Assembly (NCBI GenBank): GCA_051001375.1
Contig: JBPCNJ010000081.1
Location: forward strand, 1 to 33,019
Direction of reading: 5' to 3'
Source of the DNA: Gemmatimonadaceae bacterium
GTDB lineage: Bacteria; Gemmatimonadota; Gemmatimonadetes; Gemmatimonadales; Gemmatimonadaceae
Length of the DNA stretch: 33,019 nucleotides
The first letter of the stretch is position 1, and every line of letters begins with the position of its first letter. A program made the position numbers and the translations under genes. Shown here piece by piece: positions 20,018-27,901 of the stretch. The notes beneath the pieces are model-generated. The model was not told the origin of the DNA, ran no database searches, and was given only the letters and a program-made list of their open reading frames with translations.

Positions 20018-20072
20018 GAACCCCGAGCGAACCGCAAGTGAACCGCAAGTGAGCTGCAAGTGAGCCGAAATC
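20018..20072 (+). repeat. Tandem repeat with 11-nt period, about 5 units (3 well conserved)
   Basis: GAACCCCGAGC / GAACCGCAAGT / GAACCGCAAGT / GAGCTGCAAGT / GAGCCGAAATC. Lies between the recR stop and the next ORF. GTG 20060 lies at the boundary between the fourth and fifth units. Confidence 0.8.
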
Positions 20073-20329
20073 GAGATTGGCTCCTGGCCGGGGTCTTTGG
20101 CGGACTGGTCACCGGCGGGCTCGCGTGGAGCAGCGCGCTGCACACGTACCGAAGGGACCTGTTCAGTCGTCATCCGCTGAGGCGGTTAGCGGCACTCGGA
20201 CACCTTGCCGGCCGCCCTTCCATCGCCACCGCCCAACTCCTGCGCGAGTACATCGCCTGGGAGCCGCGCCCCACGCTTCGGGGCAGGGCGGTCAGGATGC
20301 TACGAGCAGTCGAACAGGCCCTGGCCTAG
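20060..20329 (+). CDS. Hypothetical small membrane protein (89 aa)
   Basis: One TM helix (WLLAGVFGGLVTGGLAW), then a helical Arg/Leu-rich segment (LRRLAALGHLAGRPS...LLREYIAW). Third-position GC looks coding-like. No family recognised and the start is uncertain. Confidence 0.45.
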   Translation: MSRNRDWLLAGVFGGLVTGGLAWSSALHTYRRDLFSRHPLRRLAALGHLAGRPSIATAQLLREYIAWEPRPTLRGRAVRMLRAVEQALA

Positions 20330-20341
20330 CCGGAGACAAGC

Positions 20342-20896
20342 ATGACAGCAGGATGAGGGGGAGCAGCAGCGGGAGGGGGAGGGGCAGCGGGAGGGGCAGG
20401 AAGAAGTGGAGGGGGTTCCGGTACGTGGTCCTTCACCGAGGACGACTTCGCCGCGATCTCGCATTCGCTGCAGCGATTTCTGGCCGACACCAACTCGCGT
20501 TCCGCACTACTGGTTGATCGCTCGGGCCAGCTTGTCGCAACCATCGGCGAGCAGCCGACGTTCGACGCCACCGCTTTCGCGACACTTACTGCCGCGGACT
20601 TCAGCGCTAACGATCAGTTGGCGAAGCTCATCGGAGAAACCGATTTCAGCACGCTGTTTCATCAGGGCGAAAAAGAATCCATCTATCTCGCCGACGTGGC
20701 GCGGCGGCTGATTCTCGTCATCCTGTTTGACAACCGCCCCACTCTAGGACTCGTGCGACTGCGAATGAAACAGGCCGTTCAGGAATTAACCGCATTGTTC
20801 GACGTGATCTTCTCGCGAGGCCGCGATGAAGCTTCGTCCCGCCCGAAGCTGCTCAACGGCGCCGATGCGGAAATCGACGAGCTCTTTAACTGGTAG
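20342..20896 (+). CDS. mglB: MglB (Roadblock/LC7 GTPase-activating protein); N-terminus interrupted by an in-frame TGA at 20354-20356
   Basis: From 20426 the frame reads WSFTEDDFAAISHSLQRFLADTNSRSALLVDRSGQLVATIGEQ...LAKLIGETDFSTLFHQGEKESIYL...ILFDNRPTLGLVRLRMK, which is collinear with Myxococcus MglB. It sits directly upstream of mglA. There is no in-frame ATG/GTG/TTG between 20357 and 20617. The SD-ATG at 20342 is in frame but is followed by a TGA. The family call is confident; the 5' boundary is unresolved. Confidence 0.6.
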
Positions 20897-20902
20897 CGCG
20901 CG

Positions 20903-21580
20903 ATGTCGATGATCAACTACGCGTCCCGCGAGATCAACTGTAAGATCGTCTATTACGGTCCGGGACTTGGCGGCAAAACTACCAATCTCGAGTTCATCTA
21001 TGGCAAGGTGAAGCCAGACACTCGGGGCAAGCTCATCTCCCTGGCCACGGAGACTGAGCGCACGCTCTTCTTCGATTTTCTCCCCGTCGATCTCGGTACC
21101 ATCCGGGGCTTCAAGACGCGCTTCCACCTGTACACCGTTCCGGGTCAGGTGTACTACAACGCGAGCCGCAAACTCATCCTCAAGAACGTGGATGGTGTTG
21201 TATTCGTCGGGGATTCCCAGCTCGACCGCATGGAGGCCAACTTCGAGTCGATGCAGAACCTGTACGACAACATGGCCGAGTACGGGTACGATCTCACGAA
21301 GATGCCATTCGTGATTCAGTACAACAAACGGGACCTGTCCAATGCCGCGCCGATGCCCGATCTGCAGGAGGCGCTCAATCCGGGATGGGAAATCGAGGAC
21401 CCGTCGCGCCAGTTGTTGACCCCTGATCCGTACCACGCGAACGAGAATCTGGTAGAGCAGCTACCTACCGGGGAATGGGTAGGACGTGCTCCTTACTTTG
21501 AGGCAGTTGCGGTACAGGGTGATGGAGTGTTTGATACACTCAAGGCTGTGAGCAAGCTTGTTCTGAAATCACTGGCGTAA
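20903..21580 (+). CDS. mglA: MglA, Ras-like polarity/motility GTPase
   Basis: [29 protein letters not shown]...RTLFFDFLP...[10 protein letters not shown]...IQYNKRDL...GVFDTLKAV is near-identical in its motifs to Myxococcus MglA. At 225 aa it carries an internal insertion. Confidence 0.92.
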   Translation: MSMINYASREINCKIVYYGPGLGGKTTNLEFIYGKVKPDTRGKLISLATETERTLFFDFLPVDLGTIRGFKTRFHLYTVPGQVYYNASRKLILKNVDGVVFVGDSQLDRMEANFESMQNLYDNMAEYGYDLTKMPFVIQYNKRDLSNAAPMPDLQEALNPGWEIEDPSRQLLTPDPYHANENLVEQLPTGEWVGRAPYFEAVAVQGDGVFDTLKAVSKLVLKSLA

Positions 21581-22252
21581 ATGAACCTCCCGAACGCGAT
21601 TACCGTAGGCCGTATAGCGGCAGCACCGTTTCTCGCGGTGCTGCCGTTCTATCCTTCGTCGGCCATACGCTTTTCCGCGTTCGCCTTGTATGTGCTAGCG
21701 GCAGTGACTGACTACTACGACGGCAAGCTGGCTCGCAGCCGGAACAGCATCACTGACCTGGGTCGGCTACTCGACCCCATCGCAGACAAGGCACTTCTTT
21801 TCGCGACGCTGATCCCGATGAGCATTTTGATGGCCGGCCGAGCCAACTGGCTCGCTCCGGTGTTGGACCGGACGGGCCAGGCTTCGGAATTTGCGTTCAA
21901 CACCCCGGTGGGCTCCGTGCCACTTCCGTGGTGGGTGGTGGCTGTGATCGTCAGCCGCGAGCTATTCATGACCGCCTTCCGCCAGTCTGCCGCGCGCAAG
22001 GGCCACGTCATCTCGGCGATCGGCCCCGCCAAGTGGAAGACCGGGTTCCAGTCGCTGTGGGTTGGATCGGCGTTCTTCTGGTTCTGGGCGGGAACCGTGG
22101 CGCTCGAACGCGGACTAGATTCCCCAGCCTGGCACGCATTCGCGCTCTTCAACGGCACCGTGGGCGCCTTGGCGATGGTTTCGGCCGTCTGCCTCACAGT
22201 CTACTCGCTCTGGCTCTACATTCGTCAGTATGGCCGCGTTTTCGCCAACTGA
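21581..22252 (+). CDS. pgsA: CDP-diacylglycerol--glycerol-3-phosphate 3-phosphatidyltransferase
   Basis: CDP-alcohol phosphatidyltransferase motif DYYDGKLARSRNSITDLGRLLDPIADK. Multi-TM. ATG immediately follows the mglA TAA. Confidence 0.85.
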   Translation: MNLPNAITVGRIAAAPFLAVLPFYPSSAIRFSAFALYVLAAVTDYYDGKLARSRNSITDLGRLLDPIADKALLFATLIPMSILMAGRANWLAPVLDRTGQASEFAFNTPVGSVPLPWWVVAVIVSRELFMTAFRQSAARKGHVISAIGPAKWKTGFQSLWVGSAFFWFWAGTVALERGLDSPAWHAFALFNGTVGALAMVSAVCLTVYSLWLYIRQYGRVFAN

Positions 22253-22257
22253 TATGC

Positions 22258-22282
22258 GGCTGAGCTGAGAGCCAACTCAGCC
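22258..22282 (+). terminator. Hairpin downstream of pgsA (weak terminator candidate)
   Basis: GGCTGAG (22258-22264) / CTCAGCC (22276-22282), with an alternative register. No T-tract follows. Confidence 0.3.
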
Positions 22283-22319
22283 ACACCCGAGCCACGCCCG
22301 ACACACAGCTGAGCAACAA

Positions 22320-23639
22320 GTGAACGTTGAAATTGTAACAATCGGTGACGAGCTACTGCTCGGTTTCACTGTTGATACCAACTCTGCCTTTCTCGCTCGC
22401 CACCTTGCCGCGCTGGGCGTTGCGGTCGTGCGGCGGACAAGTTGCGGTGATGCGCCTGATGCGATTGCGGAGACCGTGGGCGGAGCGTTGGATCGGACAG
22501 GTGCGGTGATCACCACCGGCGGACTTGGCCCGACCGCCGACGACATGACCAAGCCCGCGATCGCCTCGCTATTCGGCCGCGACGTCGTGCGTGACGAGAG
22601 CGTTGTTCTCCAACTGCAAGACCGGTGGCGTTCATTTGGCCGCACCGAGCCAATACCGGAGAGCAACTTCACGCAGGCCATGATTCCGGCCGGAGCGGAG
22701 CTGCTCCATAACCCGCATGGCAGCGCCCCTGGCGTCTTCCTGGAAGACGAGCGTGGGCGCTGGGTCGCAATGCTCCCGGGTGTGCCGCGCGAGATGCGCG
22801 CGATGTTCACCGACGTGCTGCGCCCGCGCATCGAGGCACGGACGGGCGACGACGCACCGGTGATCCGTTCGCTCACGCTGCGCACGACGGGGATCGGCGA
22901 ATCAGCGATTGCCGACCGGCTTGGTGAGAAAGGCCGTGGGATTAACGGGCTTTCGCTCGCGTTTCTGCCTGGCATCGAAGGCGTTGATCTGAGACTCACA
23001 TCGCGCGGGCTGCCGGCCGAGGAAGCCGACGAGGCACTGGCTTCGGCGGCTCGGCTGCTTCGTGATGAGCTCGGAGACAACATCTACGGTGAGGGCGAAA
23101 CTGACCTAGCGGCCGTGGTTCTGGATGGCTGTAGAGCCGAGGACTTGAGAGTTGCGGTCGCGGAAAGCTGCACGGGCGGGCTTCTCGGCGCTCGGTTCAC
23201 GGCGGTGCCAGGCTCGAGCGACGTTTTCCATGGCGGCGTTATCGCGTATGACAACAGGGTGAAGCGGCAAATCCTGGGAGTGCTGGACAGCGACCTGGAC
23301 GAGCACGGGGCGGTGAGCGAGCCCGTAGCGCTGCAGATGGCCAAGGCAATCCGGCTCCGGCTCGGGACTGAGATCGGAATGTCGGTCACCGGGATCGCGG
23401 GACCGGGGGGCGGCACGGCTGCGAAACCCGTCGGAACGGTGTGGGTCGCGCTGGATATTGCGGAGGGGAGACCGCCGCAGCCACGTTCCGACGGGCGTCT
23501 TCCCATAGTCCCGACGCGTCAGGCACGAGTCTTCCAGCTTATAGGGGACCGCGACGAGATTCGCCGTCGAGCAGCGCAGTCAGCGCTCAACCTGTTACGG
23601 CGAACCGTGGCGGAGCTCTCCAACCTCTCCGCAATCTGA
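22320..23639 (+). CDS. cinA: CinA family protein (MoCF-like domain + nicotinamide-nucleotide amidohydrolase PncC domain)
   Basis: VEIVTIGDELLLG...TTGGLGPTADDMTK N-terminal domain. ESCTGGLLGARFTAVPGSSDVFHGGVIAY C-terminal domain. pgsA-cinA adjacency is a known synteny. Confidence 0.88.
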   Translation: MNVEIVTIGDELLLGFTVDTNSAFLARHLAALGVAVVRRTSCGDAPDAIAETVGGALDRTGAVITTGGLGPTADDMTKPAIASLFGRDVVRDESVVLQLQDRWRSFGRTEPIPESNFTQAMIPAGAELLHNPHGSAPGVFLEDERGRWVAMLPGVPREMRAMFTDVLRPRIEARTGDDAPVIRSLTLRTTGIGESAIADRLGEKGRGINGLSLAFLPGIEGVDLRLTSRGLPAEEADEALASAARLLRDELGDNIYGEGETDLAAVVLDGCRAEDLRVAVAESCTGGLLGARFTAVPGSSDVFHGGVIAYDNRVKRQILGVLDSDLDEHGAVSEPVALQMAKAIRLRLGTEIGMSVTGIAGPGGGTAAKPVGTVWVALDIAEGRPPQPRSDGRLPIVPTRQARVFQLIGDRDEIRRRAAQSALNLLRRTVAELSNLSAI

Positions 23640-23652
23640 TCAGTAACCTGAA

Positions 23653-24198
23653 ATGCAAGAAGACACTTCGATCGACAATGATGGACCGAACGGTACCGGC
23701 ACCGACTCGAGCGTTCCGACCAGTATGGGCGATATCGCGGCGGCGGATCTTCCGGGTAGCTCGGGCGAACTCGAGGCGCAGCGCGACCGGTATCTACGCC
23801 TGGCAGCCGATTACGACAATTTCCGTAGACGCACGGCGCGCGACGCCGTGCAGGAGCGCGCACGCGGGCAGGGGGAGCTGATCAAGGGGCTTCTGAACTC
23901 GTTGGACGACCTGGATCGCTTCGCGCACCTGGACCCCGCCACGACGGACCCGAAGACGGTCATTGACGGCGTGTCGATGGTTGAGAAAAACATCCAGAAG
24001 GCGCTGGCCGGAGCCGGCATCGAGATCATCGACCCGGTAGAGCTGCCGTTCGACCCGAACCTGCACGAGGCCGTGACCACCAGGGCCGCCGAGGCGCCGG
24101 ATGAGGACCACATGGTCGCGCAGGTTTATCAGCGCGGTTACATGCTCAACGGCCAGCTGCTCCGGCCGGCGCGGGTGGTCGTGAAGCAGTACCAGTAA
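23653..24198 (+). CDS. grpE: Nucleotide exchange factor GrpE
   Basis: RYLRLAADYDNFRRRTARD, FDPNLHEAV, VYQRGYMLNGQLLRPARVVV. Confidence 0.9.
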   Translation: MQEDTSIDNDGPNGTGTDSSVPTSMGDIAAADLPGSSGELEAQRDRYLRLAADYDNFRRRTARDAVQERARGQGELIKGLLNSLDDLDRFAHLDPATTDPKTVIDGVSMVEKNIQKALAGAGIEIIDPVELPFDPNLHEAVTTRAAEAPDEDHMVAQVYQRGYMLNGQLLRPARVVVKQYQ

Positions 24199-24201
24199 GC
24201 C

Positions 24202-25377
24202 GTGGCGCAGACCAAAGATTTTTACGCGGTACTGGGCGTCACCTCCAGCGCGATGCAGGACGAGATCAAGAAGTCGTACCGCAAGCTGGCCAAGAAATTC
24301 CATCCTGACGCGAACGCCAACGATCCCAAGGCGGCGGAGAAGTTCAAGGAGCTGTCCGAAGCGTACAACGTCGTGGGCGACGCCGAGAAGCGTAAGCAGT
24401 ACGACGAAATGCGCAGGCTCGGCGCCTTCGACGGGTTCGCGGGCGCGCGCGGCGGCGCTCGTTCGAGCGGGCCCGGCGGCCAAGGTGGCCCGGGAGGCCC
24501 ATTCGGCGGTTACGGCGGTCAGGGTGCGGGCCCGTCCGGCTTCGATTTCAGCAATGTCGACATGGGCGGGCTTGGCGGTCTGGGCGACCTGTTCAGCTCG
24601 ATCTTCAACCAGTCGGGACGTGCCGGAGCGCAGGGCGGGCGAGGGCGTGCTCCCGAGCGCGGCCAGAGTATCGAGGTACAGGTCGAGATTCCGTTTCGGA
24701 CTGCGGTGACCGGAGGCAAGGTTCCGGTTACGCTGGAGGTGACGGAGGAGTGTCCGACGTGTGACGGCAGTGGCGCCGCGCCAGGCGCGACGATGAAGGT
24801 GTGCCCTGAATGCATGGGTCGCGGCACGGTGTCGTTCGGCCAGGGTGGCTTTGCGGTGAACCGGCCATGTCCAGTGTGTCTCGGTCGCGGGCAGGTCCCG
24901 TCCGAGCCGTGCCCCACCTGCCATGGCAGCGGCGAGGTCCGCACTCGAAAAAAGGTGATCATCAGCGTTCCCGCCGGGAGCGACACTGGCACCAAGCTGC
25001 GCCTCAAGGGGCAGGGCGGCCGCGGTGCAAACGGCGGCGCGCCCGGCGATCTGATTGTGACATTCACGGTGCAGTCGGACCGGTTCTTCAGGCGCGACGG
25101 CCTCGACCTCGTTGCGACGGTCCCGCTCAACATCGCGCAGGCCACCCTCGGCTCCAAGATCAGTGTGCGCACGATCGACGAGAAGAAAGTGGCGCTTAAG
25201 ATCCCGCCGGGCACGCCGAGCGGTAAGCGTTTCAGAGTCCGCGGGCAGGGAATTAAGAAAGGCGATCAACGCGGCGATCTGATTGTCGAGGTCACTATCG
25301 CCGTCCCGGACAAGCTGACGGACGAGCAGGAAAAGATGATGAAGGACTTTGCGGAAGCGGGGGGGATGAAGTACTGA
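24202..25377 (+). CDS. dnaJ: Molecular chaperone DnaJ (type I)
   Basis: J domain (DFYAVLGV...KKFHPDAN), G/F-rich linker and four CxxCxGxG zinc motifs. GTG start. Confidence 0.92.
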   Translation: MAQTKDFYAVLGVTSSAMQDEIKKSYRKLAKKFHPDANANDPKAAEKFKELSEAYNVVGDAEKRKQYDEMRRLGAFDGFAGARGGARSSGPGGQGGPGGPFGGYGGQGAGPSGFDFSNVDMGGLGGLGDLFSSIFNQSGRAGAQGGRGRAPERGQSIEVQVEIPFRTAVTGGKVPVTLEVTEECPTCDGSGAAPGATMKVCPECMGRGTVSFGQGGFAVNRPCPVCLGRGQVPSEPCPTCHGSGEVRTRKKVIISVPAGSDTGTKLRLKGQGGRGANGGAPGDLIVTFTVQSDRFFRRDGLDLVATVPLNIAQATLGSKISVRTIDEKKVALKIPPGTPSGKRFRVRGQGIKKGDQRGDLIVEVTIAVPDKLTDEQEKMMKDFAEAGGMKY

Positions 25378-25443
25378 AGCCTGGTGGTCAGCCTTGTCGG
25401 CGCGGCGATACTGGCGTAATGGCTCCGACGCTGTAACCTTCAG

Positions 25444-26691
25444 GTGAAGGTGCCGAGCGCCTTCCCATTGCTCTCATCTACCCCTACTGCTGAGCTGTTC
25501 GTGCGCGCACCTTTATCGTGCAGGTCACGCAAACCGCCCAAGCTTCGCTGGACGACTGCCTTTGGCTTCGGGACGCTCTGGTTGGCTTTTGTCGTGTTCG
25601 CTGCCGCGCTGTTACCGCTCCACAGCGTAGCGGCGCAGGGCCGAATCGCGGGGCTCGTGCGCGACACGAGCGGTGCCGGTATCGCCGGGGCGCAGATCGC
25701 GATCGCGGGCTTTGACGTGCGCGCGGAGAGCGACGCGGCCGGGAAGTTCTTGCTCGCGAACGTACCGGTTGGGGCAACCACGCTGGCTGTGCGGCGGCTT
25801 GGCTTCACGCCCACGTCGGTTCCGATCGTTGTGCGCGCCGGCGCCACGGTCCCTGTGACTCTAACCATCACAGAAACCGCGCGAGAGCTGAATCCCGTGA
25901 CCGTCCATGCGCAGCGACCGGGTCACTACACGGGCTACCTCGCCGGATTCTACGAGCGCCGGGACAAGGGATTCGGCCACTTCATCACCGGTGACGAGAT
26001 CAGGAAGCGCGATCCGATAGAGTTGACGGACATGCTTCGAAGCGTTCCCGGAATGAGGGTGTCGTCCCCCTCAGTTGGAGACGCGACTGTCCGCATTCGC
26101 GATAACCGCTGCGCGCCGCTCGTGTGGCTGGACGGGATGCCCGCGTCGGCCGCCGAATTCGACCTCGACGCGCTCGCGCCAACCTCGATCGCTGGTATCG
26201 AGCTGTACTCCGGCATTGCCAGCGTACCGTCCGAATTCACGATCCCGTTCGGTCGCACGGCTTGTGGCACAATCGTCATCTGGTCGCGCCAGGGCGAGCC
26301 GCGGCAGGGCAAGCACAAAGAAGTCACGGCGGCCCAACTTGCCAGCCTCGTGGCCAGCTTGCAGGCGTACACCGCCGATCAGGTGGAGGCGACTGCCAGC
26401 GCTGATGCTTCAGCGCCGGTCGCCCCGCTGTACCCTGAATCGCTCTTCAAGGCGCGCGTTCCGGGCCGCGTCGTGGTCGAGTTCGTGGTTGACGAGACCG
26501 GCCAGGTCGACATGGCTACCCTTGGAGTTGTCTCGTCCACCGACCCGCTCTTCACCGAAGCGGTGCGGCGCGCCTTTCCAGCGGCTCGATTCAGGCCCGC
26601 GCAGGTGGGCGGGAAGCCGGTCGCGCAGGTGGTCCGGCAACCATTCTCTTTCGTCGTACCGTCCAGACCGGGGTCAGCAGAGCTGCCATAA
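25444..26691 (+). CDS. Secreted CarboxypepD_reg-like + TonB-receptor Plug-like + TonB C-terminal domain protein (no beta-barrel)
   Basis: Signal peptide ending VAAQG. GRIAGLVRDTSGAGIAGAQIAI...LANVPVGATTLAVRRLGF (carboxypeptidase-regulatory-like). TDMLRSVPGMRV...VWLDGMP...IAGIELYSG...GTIVIWSR (Plug-like). C-terminal PLYPESLFKARVPGRVVVEFVVDETGQV...FRPAQVGGKPVAQVVRQPFSF (TonB_C). Start codon uncertain. Confidence 0.7.
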   Translation: MKVPSAFPLLSSTPTAELFVRAPLSCRSRKPPKLRWTTAFGFGTLWLAFVVFAAALLPLHSVAAQGRIAGLVRDTSGAGIAGAQIAIAGFDVRAESDAAGKFLLANVPVGATTLAVRRLGFTPTSVPIVVRAGATVPVTLTITETARELNPVTVHAQRPGHYTGYLAGFYERRDKGFGHFITGDEIRKRDPIELTDMLRSVPGMRVSSPSVGDATVRIRDNRCAPLVWLDGMPASAAEFDLDALAPTSIAGIELYSGIASVPSEFTIPFGRTACGTIVIWSRQGEPRQGKHKEVTAAQLASLVASLQAYTADQVEATASADASAPVAPLYPESLFKARVPGRVVVEFVVDETGQVDMATLGVVSSTDPLFTEAVRRAFPAARFRPAQVGGKPVAQVVRQPFSFVVPSRPGSAELP

Positions 26692-26716
26692 CTAGCTGGC
26701 TAGCTAGACCGCCACG

Positions 26717-27844
26717 CTACGCGCGCACGAGAACTGGAAGCTCTCGGTGGCGGCCGCGGGTGAGCCCTCCTGTTGTTGCCGTTTCAATCAGACCGCCGCC
26801 GAGGACGCGCTTGCCGTCGTACATCACCAGTGACTGGCCAGGGGAGATAGCCAGCACGGGCTCATTCAGCGCGATCTCTACTTCATCGCCATCCAAGCGG
26901 ACGATCTCGCCGTCGGCGAGCGGCGCACGATGACGGATGCGTACCTGCACGCGCGCGCCCAGCTCGGGTGTGCTGCCGATGAGCCAGTTCACGCCGGCCG
27001 CGACAACACCGCGCCCCAACAGATCATCTCGCGTTCCGATGACCACAGCGCGCTCGGAAGGACGCAGCTCCGTCACGTACATCGGCTCGCTGAAGCCACC
27101 GGGAACGCCGCGGCGCTGGCCCACCGTGTAGCGCGCGTATCCGTCGTGCTCGCCAACGACACGCCCGTCGGTTGTGACGACGGGCCCGCGTGCAAGTGCC
27201 GGCGAATCGGCGCCTGCGCGCTCCATGATGATACGCGCGTAGTCACCGTCGGGGACGAAACAGATCTCCTGGCTGTCGGGTTTGTGCGCGACCATCGTGA
27301 GTCCGTGCCGCGTGGCGACGGCACGCGTCTCGGGCTTGGTCATGTCGCCCACCGGTAGCAGCATGCGCTGGAGAACGCGCCGATCGATGCCCCACATGAA
27401 GTACGTCTGATCCTTCTGCTCGTCTCGGCCGCGCATGAGTACGCCGTTGTCAACCCGCGCATAGTGCCCGGTCGCGATCCACTGCGCGTCGATCGAATCC
27501 GCAGTGCGCAGAAGGTCGCGAAACTTCGTGAAGGTGTTGCAACGCACGCACGGGATTGGAGTGCGGCCGGCAACATACTCCGCGACAAAGTCATCGACCA
27601 CGTCGCGACCGAACCTGTCCTCCAGATTGAGCACGTAATGTGGTACGCCGAGGCGCTCGCACACGCGACGCGCGTCGTTCACCGAATCCAGTGAGCAGCA
27701 CGGGCGATCGGGGAGATCCTTCCCGTCGGAGAAGAGCTTCATCGTCGCGCCGACCACATCGTAGCCGCGCTCGACCAGAAGCGCGGCTGCGACTGAGGAG
27801 TCTACGCCGCCGGACATGGCGACAAGGACACGGTTGGAGAGCAT
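26717..27844 (-). CDS. mnmA: tRNA 2-thiouridine(34) synthase MnmA
   Basis: PP-loop VAMSGGVDSSVAA, catalytic Cys regions (PIPCVRCN, QEICF). 375 aa. Confidence 0.92.
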   Translation of the reverse strand: MLSNRVLVAMSGGVDSSVAAALLVERGYDVVGATMKLFSDGKDLPDRPCCSLDSVNDARRVCERLGVPHYVLNLEDRFGRDVVDDFVAEYVAGRTPIPCVRCNTFTKFRDLLRTADSIDAQWIATGHYARVDNGVLMRGRDEQKDQTYFMWGIDRRVLQRMLLPVGDMTKPETRAVATRHGLTMVAHKPDSQEICFVPDGDYARIIMERAGADSPALARGPVVTTDGRVVGEHDGYARYTVGQRRGVPGGFSEPMYVTELRPSERAVVIGTRDDLLGRGVVAAGVNWLIGSTPELGARVQVRIRHRAPLADGEIVRLDGDEVEIALNEPVLAISPGQSLVMYDGKRVLGGGLIETATTGGLTRGRHRELPVLVRA

Positions 27845-27901
27845 GACGGAAATCTAAATCGACGCGACCGGAGCGGAACAGTCTGCTCGCGCCGCGGCGA
27901 G

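Noticed and set aside
20354-20356. Possibility that the in-frame TGA in mglB reflects a reassigned genetic code (TGA = Gly or Trp) or selenocysteine.
   Set aside because: Many genes in the window terminate cleanly at TGA next to the following start (amidase, thrC, thrB, HEAT protein, tal, MBL). There is no C-rich complement to form a SECIS-like hairpin directly downstream of the TGA.
20077-20517. 146-aa ORF spanning the small-protein gene, the intergenic G-rich tract and the start of mglB. Also ORF 20406-20711.
   Set aside because: They are out of frame with the conserved MglB sequence, low-complexity (Arg/Gly-rich) and overlap better-supported genes. The first is only relevant as the +1-frame alternative discussed in the mglB finding.
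23640-23652. grpE-dnaJ without dnaK between them. Looked for a CIRCE (TTAGCACTC-N9-GAGTGCTAA) heat-shock operator upstream.
   Set aside because: Only 13 nt separate cinA and grpE and no CIRCE-like inverted repeat is present. dnaK located elsewhere is a common arrangement and not noteworthy by itself.
23794-25269. 491-aa ORF on the - strand opposite grpE/dnaJ. Similar long antisense ORFs occur at 17610-18641, 17969-18730, 10305-11087, 12065-12757 and 14297-14971.
   Set aside because: These are typical shadow ORFs of GC-rich DNA. They are Arg/Ala/His/Pro-rich with no recognisable motifs, and each lies exactly opposite a gene with unmistakable family signatures on the other strand.
26692-26707. 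CTAGCTGGCTAGCTAG: three CTAG tetranucleotides in 16 nt, between the convergent TonB-like and mnmA genes. It gives stops in several frames on both strands.
   Set aside because: It is a curiosity only. The possible hairpin (CTAGC/GCTAG) has a 2-nt loop and is not credible as a terminator. Too short to support any function.
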